DNA from: Candidatus Gorgyraea atricola
Lineage (GTDB): Bacteria > Omnitrophota > Gorgyraeia > Gorgyraeales > Gorgyraeaceae
Direction: 5' to 3'
Length of the DNA: 64,000 nucleotides
Assembly: GCA_030765235.1 (NCBI GenBank)
Contig: JAVCCW010000029.1
Location: forward strand, 219,499-283,498
Part shown: positions 10,110-18,162 of the stretch, one piece after another
Numbering within the stretch: the stretch's first letter is position 1
How the letters are laid out: every line of letters starts with the position of its first letter
Program-made: the position numbers and the translations under genes
The notes under the pieces: generated by a model
Seen by the model: the letters and a program-made list of their open reading frames with translations, nothing else
What the model was told of the DNA's origin: nothing
Databases searched by the model: none

Positions 10110-11026
10110 AAATAGTTATTATTACTGAAGGCGGAAGAAACGTAGGATTTGGGCATATAACCCGTTGTTTAGGATTGCGCTCAGAACTTGAGAAGAAAAG
10201 AATAGAAGTTTGTTTCATAATAAATGATGATGTTAACGCAGCAGAAAAGATAAAAGGCAAGAATTTCAAAATATATAAAAATAATGAGGATATATTAAGA
10301 TTAGTTAGAGGATCTGATTGCGCGATAGTCGATTCATATATATTAAACAAAGATGTTTATTTGGAAATCAAGAATTCAGTACGGCTTCTGGTCTCTATAG
10401 ATGACAATAAAAGAATAGAATATCCACCTGGGATGGTTTTGAACGGAGCTGTTTACGCAAAAGACATGGGTTTTATAGAATCAGATGGTATAACTTATTT
10501 ACTTGGTCCGGAATTCATGCCTATGCGGCAGGAATTTGTTAATATAGATAAAAAGAGCACAAAAGAAAACATCGAAAATATCCTTATTTCTTTTGGAGGC
10601 ACTGATTTTAAAAATATGACATCTAAAGTAAAAGATTTTACATCAAAGATATTTCCTGATGCAACTATAAATACAATAGAAGGAGATAAGAAAATCGACT
10701 ATGTTTTAAGACTGATGCAGGAGGCTGATATTGCTATTTCTGCGGGAGGTCAGACCCTTTATGAACTTGCAAGAGTAGGGACTCCTGCTCTTGGTGTGTG
10801 TGTTGCAGATAATCAGCTTAATAATTTAAAAGGGTGGGAAAAGATAGGTTTTTTAAAATTTTGCGGCTGGTATAACTTCGAGAATCTGTTTAAAAATATA
10901 GAAGATGCTTTATTGCATGTCACGAGTAAAGTAGTAAGGAAAGAAATGAAAAAATCAGGGCAGTCCCTTATTGACGGCAGAGGCGCAAAAAGGGTTGCTG
11001 AAAAAATAATAGGAGCATTAAATTGA
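10106..11026 (+). CDS. pseG: PseG/SpsG-like UDP-sugar hydrolase (UDP-2,4-diacetamido-2,4,6-trideoxy-altropyranose hydrolase family)
   Basis: MKIVIITEGGRNVGFGHITRCLGL N-terminus, i.e. the GxGHxxR motif of PseG/SpsG. It lies between the PseF-like and PseI-like genes. ATGA overlap with the upstream gene. Confidence 0.65.
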   Translation: MKIVIITEGGRNVGFGHITRCLGLRSELEKKRIEVCFIINDDVNAAEKIKGKNFKIYKNNEDILRLVRGSDCAIVDSYILNKDVYLEIKNSVRLLVSIDDNKRIEYPPGMVLNGAVYAKDMGFIESDGITYLLGPEFMPMRQEFVNIDKKSTKENIENILISFGGTDFKNMTSKVKDFTSKIFPDATINTIEGDKKIDYVLRLMQEADIAISAGGQTLYELARVGTPALGVCVADNQLNNLKGWEKIGFLKFCGWYNFENLFKNIEDALLHVTSKVVRKEMKKSGQSLIDGRGAKRVAEKIIGALN

Positions 11027-12078
11027 AGACTATTAGAATAGGAAATAGAACCATAGGAGAAGGCCATCCTTGTTTTATTATTGCTGAGGCAGGAAGCAAT
11101 CATGATAGAGAACTGGAGCAGGCATTTAAGCTCATAGATATCGCAAAGGATGCCGGAGCTGATGCCGTTAAATTCCAGACTTACAGCGCCGAGACTCTTT
11201 ATTCCAAGAAGACCCCAAAGCCGGAATATTTAAGGAATAAAAATCTAAGCAGCAGAGATGAAACCTTATGGGATGTGATAAAAAAAATAGAAATGCCCAG
11301 GGAATGGCATATCAAACTTAAACAGTATTGTTTAAAAAGAGACATTATTTTTATGTCAACGCCTTTTGACTTGAAAGCCGTGGATGAGCTTGAGGCCGTG
11401 GATATTTTAGCGTATAAAATAGCTTCTTTTGAGATAACCCACTTGCCTTTGCTCGAGAAAGTTGGAAAAACAGGAAAACCGGTCATCTTGTCAACGGGGA
11501 TGGCCGATATATCTGATATTAAAGATGCTTTAGATATTATTTATAAGACCGGGAATAAACAAGTAGCATTATTACATTGTGCAATAAATTATCCTCCAAG
11601 ATATGAAGATCTGCACCTGAGGGCCATGGATACTATGAAAGAGATTTTTAAAGTGCCTGTAGGATTCTCAGATCATACTTTAGGTATAACTTCTGACATA
11701 GCCGCTGTTGCCAGAGGCGCGTGTATCATAGAGAAGCATTTTACCCTGGACAGAAAACTTCAAGGGCCTGACCATCCGTTTGCTTTGGAACCGCAGGAAC
11801 TGAAAGATATGGTAGGGGCTATAAGGGATACTGAAAAATTTCTCGGTTCTCCTGAAAAGAAAAAGACTGAATCAGAAGAGGAATTATATCGGATAGGGAG
11901 GCGAAGCCTTGTGGCGGCCTGTAATATCCCTAAAGGTGTAAAAATAACCCGTGAGATGCTTGAAGTTAAAAGGCCTGGTTACGGCATAGCGGTAAAATCA
12001 ATGAATGAATTGATAGGACGGGTTGCCGCGAAAAACATAGAAGAAGACGATATTCTGCAATGGGAGATGTTTTCTTAA
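11023..12078 (+). CDS. pseI: N-acetylneuraminate/pseudaminate synthase family (NeuB/PseI)
   Basis: TIGEGHPCFIIAEAGSNH...KFQT match the NeuB-family N-terminus. It starts with TTG at 11023, 7 nt after RBS AGGAG; the protein N-terminus only aligns with this start. Confidence 0.8.
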   Translation: MKTIRIGNRTIGEGHPCFIIAEAGSNHDRELEQAFKLIDIAKDAGADAVKFQTYSAETLYSKKTPKPEYLRNKNLSSRDETLWDVIKKIEMPREWHIKLKQYCLKRDIIFMSTPFDLKAVDELEAVDILAYKIASFEITHLPLLEKVGKTGKPVILSTGMADISDIKDALDIIYKTGNKQVALLHCAINYPPRYEDLHLRAMDTMKEIFKVPVGFSDHTLGITSDIAAVARGACIIEKHFTLDRKLQGPDHPFALEPQELKDMVGAIRDTEKFLGSPEKKKTESEEELYRIGRRSLVAACNIPKGVKITREMLEVKRPGYGIAVKSMNELIGRVAAKNIEEDDILQWEMFS

Positions 12079-12546
12079 ATGACGGATTTAGTGCTTAGAA
12101 AAATAGAACAGTCTGACAGGGAAGATCTTTTTTCGTGGAGAAATGATAAAACCACAAGAGGGATGAGTTTTAATAAAAATTACATAAGCATCGAAAAACA
12201 CAATATATGGTTCGAAAGGGTAATTGCAGATTCTAACAGGGTATTTTATATAGGAGAGATCAAGCCGCATCGAAAAATAGGTGTCATTCGTTTTGATAAG
12301 ACCAAAGAGGGTTGTTATGAGATAAGTATAAATCTGGCATTGCAGTACCGCGGACAAGGATTAGGGAAGGTGTTTATAAGAGAAGCATGCATCAAGCTCA
12401 TAAACGAAAAGACCGTGAAAGAGATCGCTGCTTCAGTAAAGACAGAAAATACTTCTTCTGTGAAATCTTTTAATAATGCAGGTTTTACTAAGATAGAAGA
12501 AAAAAATGGTGTGACAAAGATGCATTTTTCAGGAGAAACAGCATGA
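12079..12546 (+). CDS. pseH: GNAT N-acetyltransferase (PseH-like)
   Basis: 155 aa. Acetyl-CoA binding motif QYRGQGLGK in a GNAT fold. Position directly after the synthase matches the pse/sps operon logic. Confidence 0.65.
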   Translation: MTDLVLRKIEQSDREDLFSWRNDKTTRGMSFNKNYISIEKHNIWFERVIADSNRVFYIGEIKPHRKIGVIRFDKTKEGCYEISINLALQYRGQGLGKVFIREACIKLINEKTVKEIAASVKTENTSSVKSFNNAGFTKIEEKNGVTKMHFSGETA

Positions 12547-12851
12547 TAGGAGTAATAGACTACGGCATGGGGAATATTCAGTCGGTTATAAATGCCTTTG
12601 CTGAAAAGGCAATCGGAAAGATTAGTTATGGCTTGACTATCGCAGAAAGAAAAAGTCGTATTTTTAGACGTTCTTTGTTCGCTGTCAAGGATATCAAAAG
12701 AGGAGAAACTTTTTGTTATGATAATATAAGATCTATCAGGCCTGGCCTCGGCCTTAAACCGAAATATTTAGAATATTTTTTAGACAAATGTGCAAAAAGA
12801 GATATAAAAAGAGGGACACCTTTAAACTGGAATCTTCTGAGGAGAAAATGA
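12543..12851 (+). pseudogene. Chimeric remnant: HisH-like glutamine amidotransferase N-terminus fused in-frame to the C-terminal SAF domain of a NeuB-family synthase
   Basis: The first ~19 aa, MIGVIDYGMGNIQSVINAF, is the canonical HisH/WbuY start. The last ~65 aa, FAVKDIKRGETFCYDNIRSIRPGLGLKPKYLEYFLDK...KRGTPLNWNLL, is the antifreeze-like SAF domain found at the C-terminus of NeuB/PseI/LegI synthases. The ORF is only 102 aa. Confidence 0.5.
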
Positions 12852-14650
12852 AATATAAACAATTAAAAACAATTGCATTCTTTTTGAAAAATTATAAAAG
12901 CTATATTTTTGGCATTTTAATATGCTCCGCATTATACGCTATTTTTGAAGGTTTAAATATAGCAGTTTTATTTCCTATTATAAATTCTGTAATAAAAGAC
13001 GGTATGGCCACAGGAGAAGGGTCTAAGATCATACAGTTTCTTAATTTACTAATATCTGTCGTACCTGCCAAAGATACATTTATATCAGCTTGTATTATTG
13101 TGGTAGCCATCGTAATTTTAAAAAATATATTCAGGTATTTATATATGGGGTTAAACGCCTTTGCAAGTTATAAAATTTGGGATGATGTTCAAAAGAGATT
13201 ATTTTATAATTATATAAACGCTGATTACAGGTATTTTTTAGGGCATAAGCAGGGCGAGATTGTGTATAGGGTTTTTAGCGCTCCTTCGGAATTGGGCAGC
13301 GTTTTAAAGCTTATACCACAGTTAGCCACTGAGATATTAAAGATTTTTTTCATAATTATGATATTATTTTCTATGTCATTTCCAGTAAGCTGCGCTGTAG
13401 TTATTATCGGAGGAATTTTTTACTTTTTTACTAGGAATATTTCCAGAAAGATTTCATATTCTATAGGCATAGGACGCGTAAAGGCAACAGAAGAACAGAG
13501 TATTTTGTTAAACGAGATGATAAACGGCATAAAGCAGATAAAGCTATTTTTAGGCGAAAGAAGATGGATATCCGGATTTCATGGGGCGATGAATAAGTAT
13601 TTTAAATTAGCGAAAAAGGATACTCTATGGATTAACATGCCTGTAAGCGCGTTAGAGATATTCGCAATCAGCGCATTAGGCATATCTTTAATAATCGTAA
13701 AGGAATTTTCTCCTCAGAGTTTGGTTTCGAATTTGCCTCTTCTTGGCGTTTTTGCCTATGCATTCCAAAGAGTTATGCCATCCTTGAGTCTTATAACAAG
13801 TATGAAAATGCAGATCATGGGCAGTCTCGCTGTATTTGAAACACTTTATTCAGTAAGCAACGAGAAGATGACATATTTAGAAGATGGCACAAGATGCATG
13901 AGTTCATTTAATGAGAAAATAGAATTTCGTAGTGTTTCTTTTTCATATCCGGACCGGTCAGAAGTATTAAAAGATATTTCTGTGTCTTTTGACAAGAATA
14001 GATGCATAGCCATAGTCGGCCAGTCTGGTTCCGGCAAAACGACCATAGTGAATTTACTTGCGAGGCTGTTTGACCCTACAAAAGGGGCTATTTTAGTCGA
14101 TGGTGTTGACCTCAGAGAATATAAAAAGACTACCTGGCTAAGCAGGATTGGTTTTGTAAGCCAGGATACATTTATATTTCATGCGTCCGTTAAAGAAAAT
14201 ATAATATTTGGATTTGAAGGAGCAAAAGAAGAAGATGTTATAAAGTCTGCAATGATATCAAATGCGCATGATTTTATTATGAAGCTTCCTGATGGATATG
14301 ATACAGTTGTCGGAGAGAAAGGCATGAAGTTATCAGGAGGAGAACAGCAGCGCCTTTCTATAGCAAGGGCTATATTGCGGAATCCTCAGATCTTGATATT
14401 TGATGAAGCCACCAGCGCTCTGGACAATATGTCACAATCGTTGATACAGGGTTCTATAAATAAGATAGTGAAGGATCATACGGTTATTTTAATAGCTCAT
14501 AGGTTAAGTACCATTGTTAATGCCGATAAAATAGTTGTTTTGGATAATGGGATAGTCAAGGAAGAAGGAAATCATTCTGAATTGATAAACAAAAGAGGGT
14601 ATTATTCAAAATTATATAAAAGAGAAGACGATTGTATTCCTGCAACATAA
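12848..14650 (+). CDS. ABC exporter, fused permease-ATPase (MsbA/PglK-like; candidate lipid-linked glycan flippase)
   Basis: N-terminal 6-TM region, then Walker A GQSGSGKTT, signature LSGGEQQR and Walker B ILIFDEATSALD. ATG at 12848 follows GGAG and overlaps the upstream stop. Confidence 0.85.
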   Translation: MKYKQLKTIAFFLKNYKSYIFGILICSALYAIFEGLNIAVLFPIINSVIKDGMATGEGSKIIQFLNLLISVVPAKDTFISACIIVVAIVILKNIFRYLYMGLNAFASYKIWDDVQKRLFYNYINADYRYFLGHKQGEIVYRVFSAPSELGSVLKLIPQLATEILKIFFIIMILFSMSFPVSCAVVIIGGIFYFFTRNISRKISYSIGIGRVKATEEQSILLNEMINGIKQIKLFLGERRWISGFHGAMNKYFKLAKKDTLWINMPVSALEIFAISALGISLIIVKEFSPQSLVSNLPLLGVFAYAFQRVMPSLSLITSMKMQIMGSLAVFETLYSVSNEKMTYLEDGTRCMSSFNEKIEFRSVSFSYPDRSEVLKDISVSFDKNRCIAIVGQSGSGKTTIVNLLARLFDPTKGAILVDGVDLREYKKTTWLSRIGFVSQDTFIFHASVKENIIFGFEGAKEEDVIKSAMISNAHDFIMKLPDGYDTVVGEKGMKLSGGEQQRLSIARAILRNPQILIFDEATSALDNMSQSLIQGSINKIVKDHTVILIAHRLSTIVNADKIVVLDNGIVKEEGNHSELINKRGYYSKLYKREDDCIPAT

Positions 14651-14669
14651 CTCAGAAGGGGTACTTATT

Positions 14670-15443
14670 ATGAAAAATCTGAAAGAAAGATTAAGGAACG
14701 GCGAAATGGTTATCGGGACATGGAACGGCATACCGTCGGCTTCGGTCGTAAATGCAATAGCTTCAAGCGGAGTAGATTTTATAGTCATTGATTCTGAACA
14801 TGGCCCGGTCAGCGTAGAAAAGGCCGAAGACCTTGTAAGGGCATGTGAAGCATGCGGAGTGGATTCGATTATTCGGGTTTCCTCGAATAGCGCCGATCTT
14901 ATTTTAAGAGCGCTTGATATAGGGACTAAAGGAGTTCAGGTCCCCCATGTTTCTACTAAAGAAGAAGCAGAGCATGTTGTCAGATGTTCGAAATATTATC
15001 CCGAAGGAGAAAGAGGGTATTCCCCTTTTACAAAAGCAGGTAATTATGGGATCAAATCTTCGGGTCATGCAAAAAGATCTAACGAAAACACCACGGTAGT
15101 TCTTAATATAGAAGGTTCCGAAGGATTGAAAAACATTAAGGATATAGCTAGTGTTCGTGGAATAGATGTAATATTTATAGGACCATACGATCTTTCGCAG
15201 TCGTTAGGAAAACCTGGAGAGGTAAATGATCCAGAAGTTATTAAGGGTATCCGTGAAAGCGTTAAAATAACTAAAAATAAAGGCGTTGCCTGCGGTTCAT
15301 TTGCTTGTGACATGAAATACATGGAATTGCTGATCGATTGCGGAGTGCAATATGTGACATATATGGTAGATTCTGCTTTGATTGCTGCTACTTATAAAGA
15401 TATAGTAAACGTATTCAATGCAAAAAAAGAAATAGAGGGGTAA
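14670..15443 (+). CDS. HpcH/HpaI-family class II (pyruvate) aldolase
   Basis: 257 aa. MKNLKERLRNGEMVIGTW...DFIVIDSEHGP matches the 2-keto-3-deoxy-acid aldolase family (HpcH/GarL/YfaU). Confidence 0.75.
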   Translation: MKNLKERLRNGEMVIGTWNGIPSASVVNAIASSGVDFIVIDSEHGPVSVEKAEDLVRACEACGVDSIIRVSSNSADLILRALDIGTKGVQVPHVSTKEEAEHVVRCSKYYPEGERGYSPFTKAGNYGIKSSGHAKRSNENTTVVLNIEGSEGLKNIKDIASVRGIDVIFIGPYDLSQSLGKPGEVNDPEVIKGIRESVKITKNKGVACGSFACDMKYMELLIDCGVQYVTYMVDSALIAATYKDIVNVFNAKKEIEG

Positions 15444-17174
15444 ATGAGCGATATTAAAACTCATGCTTTTGAGATATTGGATTGTACCATAAGAGACGGT
15501 GGCTATTTAAACAACTGGGATTTTGACAGAAAAGTGGTTAAAGAGCTTTGCCGCAATCTTTCCAGGACAGGTGTGGATATTATTGAAATCGGATTCAGAA
15601 ATAAGCCAAAGGCCGGTACGGGATTATGGTATTCTGTCCCTGAGGATGTTATCAATGATTTGTTCAAGGATGTTTCAGGAATAAAAGTATCATTGATGGT
15701 TGATTGCGACAAATGCGACTTATCTCTTATTCCGCAGTCAAAGCATAGTTTTGTAAATATGTACAGGGTGGCATGTCATAAGGATAAGATATTAGAGGCA
15801 ATCGATATTTGCCGGAAGATCAAAAAAAGAGGATATGAAGTTTCTATTCAGCTAATGGGGATTGTGGGTTATACGGAGGAAGATTTTTCTTTTATAAAGA
15901 AGCCTATTTCAGAATCATCAATTGACTATCTTTATTTTGCCGATAGCTATGGTTCGCTTTTTCCGCGTGATATAGAAAGATATATAGAAAAGTTGAAACC
16001 TCTGAATAAAAAAATAGGTTTTCATGCGCACAATAGTCTCCAGCTTGCTTTTGCCAATACACTGGAGGCGCTTAATTGCGGAGTGGATATAGTAGATGGT
16101 ACTGTATGCGGTATGGGAAGGGGATCAGGTAACCTCCCTATGGAAGTGTTGATAATATACCTTGAGAAAACATTAAGCCGTAAAAAGTACAATTCAATGC
16201 CTGTATTGGATCTTATAGACCGTTATTTTATTGATCTAAAAAACAAGTTGAAATGGGGTTACAGCCTTCCTTACATGTTATCCGGTATATTCGAGGTCCA
16301 TCCGAGCTATGCCAAGCAATTGATAGATTATCATGAATACAATGTAGACGATATGGTAAAAGTCTTTGAGGTCGTAAAAGGACTTGCGCCAGTGGGATTT
16401 AAAAAAGACATAATGGATAAAATTATATCAAGCGGTTTTGTAAGCTCTTTTGGTAAATCGGAAAATCCAGACCATGATACAGAAGATAATCTACGAATAC
16501 AGCCACCTCTTTATAGAAACAGGCATGAGGGAAAGGATTTTTTGATACTTGCTAATGGTCCCAGCCTTAAAGAGCATAAAAAAGAAATAGATGAATTTAT
16601 AGAAAAATATAATCCTGTAGTTATGGGTGCTAATTATTTAGGTGGATTGTTTAAGCCGCATTATCATGCATTTAGCAATAAGAAACGATTTATCAATTAT
16701 GTTGAACATGTTGATGTGGATTCAAAGCTTCTGATATCCGGCAGTTTCGAGGATGATTTTATAAAAGACTATACGAATATGGAATATGAAAGTATCGCGC
16801 ATTTTAGTGGCACCTCGGATAATTTCAGGATAGAAGATGGCGTAATCAATTCAAATTGCAGGACCGTGTCGATATTGTTGACGGCAGTCGCTATTGTTAT
16901 GGGCGCAAAAAGAATATTCATAGCAGGAATGGATGGATATAAGAGTAAAGAACATTTTCTTTCAAAAAATGTACATTTTTATAAAGAATCCGAGGAAGCT
17001 GATAATTTTAAACTATTGATCGAAAAGCACAATTGGAATGAAAAACTACTTAGCCAGATCAATTCGTTTTTAATTGAAAACAACAAAGAAGGGCTTCATA
17101 TTATAACCCCTTCAAGTCATAGTTATTTTTACAGCAGTATATATAATTGGATAAAACAATATGACAAGGTTTGA
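15444..17174 (+). CDS. Fusion: HMGL-like DRE-TIM metallolyase domain + GT42/MptE(DUF115)-like sialyltransferase-fold domain
   Basis: The N-terminus ILDCTIRDGGYLNNWDF...HAHNSLQLAFANTLEAL is typical of the HMGL-like/4-hydroxy-2-oxovalerate aldolase family. The C-terminal segment DFLILANGPSLKE...RTVSILLTAVAIVMGAKRIFIAGMDGY resembles Campylobacter Cst-II/Maf-type GT42 domains (IIAGNGPSLKE...AVAIALGYKEIYLSGIDFY). Confidence 0.55.
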   Translation: MSDIKTHAFEILDCTIRDGGYLNNWDFDRKVVKELCRNLSRTGVDIIEIGFRNKPKAGTGLWYSVPEDVINDLFKDVSGIKVSLMVDCDKCDLSLIPQSKHSFVNMYRVACHKDKILEAIDICRKIKKRGYEVSIQLMGIVGYTEEDFSFIKKPISESSIDYLYFADSYGSLFPRDIERYIEKLKPLNKKIGFHAHNSLQLAFANTLEALNCGVDIVDGTVCGMGRGSGNLPMEVLIIYLEKTLSRKKYNSMPVLDLIDRYFIDLKNKLKWGYSLPYMLSGIFEVHPSYAKQLIDYHEYNVDDMVKVFEVVKGLAPVGFKKDIMDKIISSGFVSSFGKSENPDHDTEDNLRIQPPLYRNRHEGKDFLILANGPSLKEHKKEIDEFIEKYNPVVMGANYLGGLFKPHYHAFSNKKRFINYVEHVDVDSKLLISGSFEDDFIKDYTNMEYESIAHFSGTSDNFRIEDGVINSNCRTVSILLTAVAIVMGAKRIFIAGMDGYKSKEHFLSKNVHFYKESEEADNFKLLIEKHNWNEKLLSQINSFLIENNKEGLHIITPSSHSYFYSSIYNWIKQYDKV

Positions 17175-18162
17175 AATAGCACAAGAGCTGTTAAACAAAA
17201 AGAAATTCTTTAAGCTTGTTTGCGGCGCAGGTAACGAAGACGCAAAGGAAGTCAGGAAGATTGTTTTTGTCTATGCGCTTGCAGGCGCCAAATGCATGGA
17301 TGTCTCTGCCAATGTGGATGTTGTTAAACATGCAGCCATAGGTATTCAGGATGCATTTGATTATGCAGGCAAGATAGGAAGGCAGTTATTGATACGTCCT
17401 TTTATCAATGTGAGCATAGGAATGAGGGGAGACCCGCATATTAGGAAAGCGATGATTACAGATAAGTGCGTTAAATGCAGAGTATGTATTGCAGAGTGCC
17501 CTACAAATGCCATAGATGATGACTTTAAGATCATAGAGGCCAGGTGCATAGGATGCGGAAGTTGCGAGTCAGCGTGTAGCTATAACGCTATAAAATTCTA
17601 CCATAAGAATAAGGACTTAAAAGCTATTCTGGAGGAATGCAGGGAATGCGGGGTTGAGCAGATGGAGTTGCACGCTGCAGTGCCTGATACAAGGTCTATA
17701 TTCGACGAATGGAAAATGATAAACAATATAATAAAAGATAATTATGTAAGCATGTGCTTGGACCGCCTGCATTTATCCGATTCTGCGTTGAAACGCAGGA
17801 TAAAAAATGCAAAGTCTATATCAGGCAACAGGCTTATAGTGCAGGCAGACGGCGTGCCCATGAGTGGAAGCAAGGATGATTTCAATACCACTCTGCAGGC
17901 GGTTGCCATTGCGGATATAATCATGAAACAAAGGTTAGATGTAAAGGTTTTACTGTCAGGCGGTACAAATAGTTTGACTACAAAATTAGCGGATATGAGC
18001 GGCGTTGCATATAATGGTGTCTCTGTCGGAACGTTTGCCAGAAATGTTATAAAGGAATTGATCGGGGAAGAAGATTTTATGAAAAAGGACGATAAAGTGA
18101 GAGAGGCGGTTAATACCGCGCATACATTAGTAAGGAGTAATATCGGAGAGGTAGTCTGGTAA
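17161..18162 (+). CDS. Protein with 2x[4Fe-4S] ferredoxin-type domain inserted in an alpha/beta (possibly TIM-like) scaffold
   Basis: Two CxxCxxCxxxCP-type motifs, CVKCRVCIAECP and CIGCGSCESAC. The flanking regions have no recognisable family. Confidence 0.55.
   Translation: MTRFEIAQELLNKKKFFKLVCGAGNEDAKEVRKIVFVYALAGAKCMDVSANVDVVKHAAIGIQDAFDYAGKIGRQLLIRPFINVSIGMRGDPHIRKAMITDKCVKCRVCIAECPTNAIDDDFKIIEARCIGCGSCESACSYNAIKFYHKNKDLKAILEECRECGVEQMELHAAVPDTRSIFDEWKMINNIIKDNYVSMCLDRLHLSDSALKRRIKNAKSISGNRLIVQADGVPMSGSKDDFNTTLQAVAIADIIMKQRLDVKVLLSGGTNSLTTKLADMSGVAYNGVSVGTFARNVIKELIGEEDFMKKDDKVREAVNTAHTLVRSNIGEVVW

Noticed and set aside
14670-15443. Possibility that the HpcH-like ORF is a PEP mutase (phosphonate pathway, as in fosfomycin-type clusters with class B radical SAM + cytidylyltransferase)
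   Set aside because: The sequence matches the HpcH/HpaI aldolase N-terminal pattern (GTW...IDxEHGP) rather than the ICL/PEPM family. No phosphonopyruvate decarboxylase (ThDP enzyme) is present. The phosphonate idea is therefore not supported, though an HMM search should confirm this.
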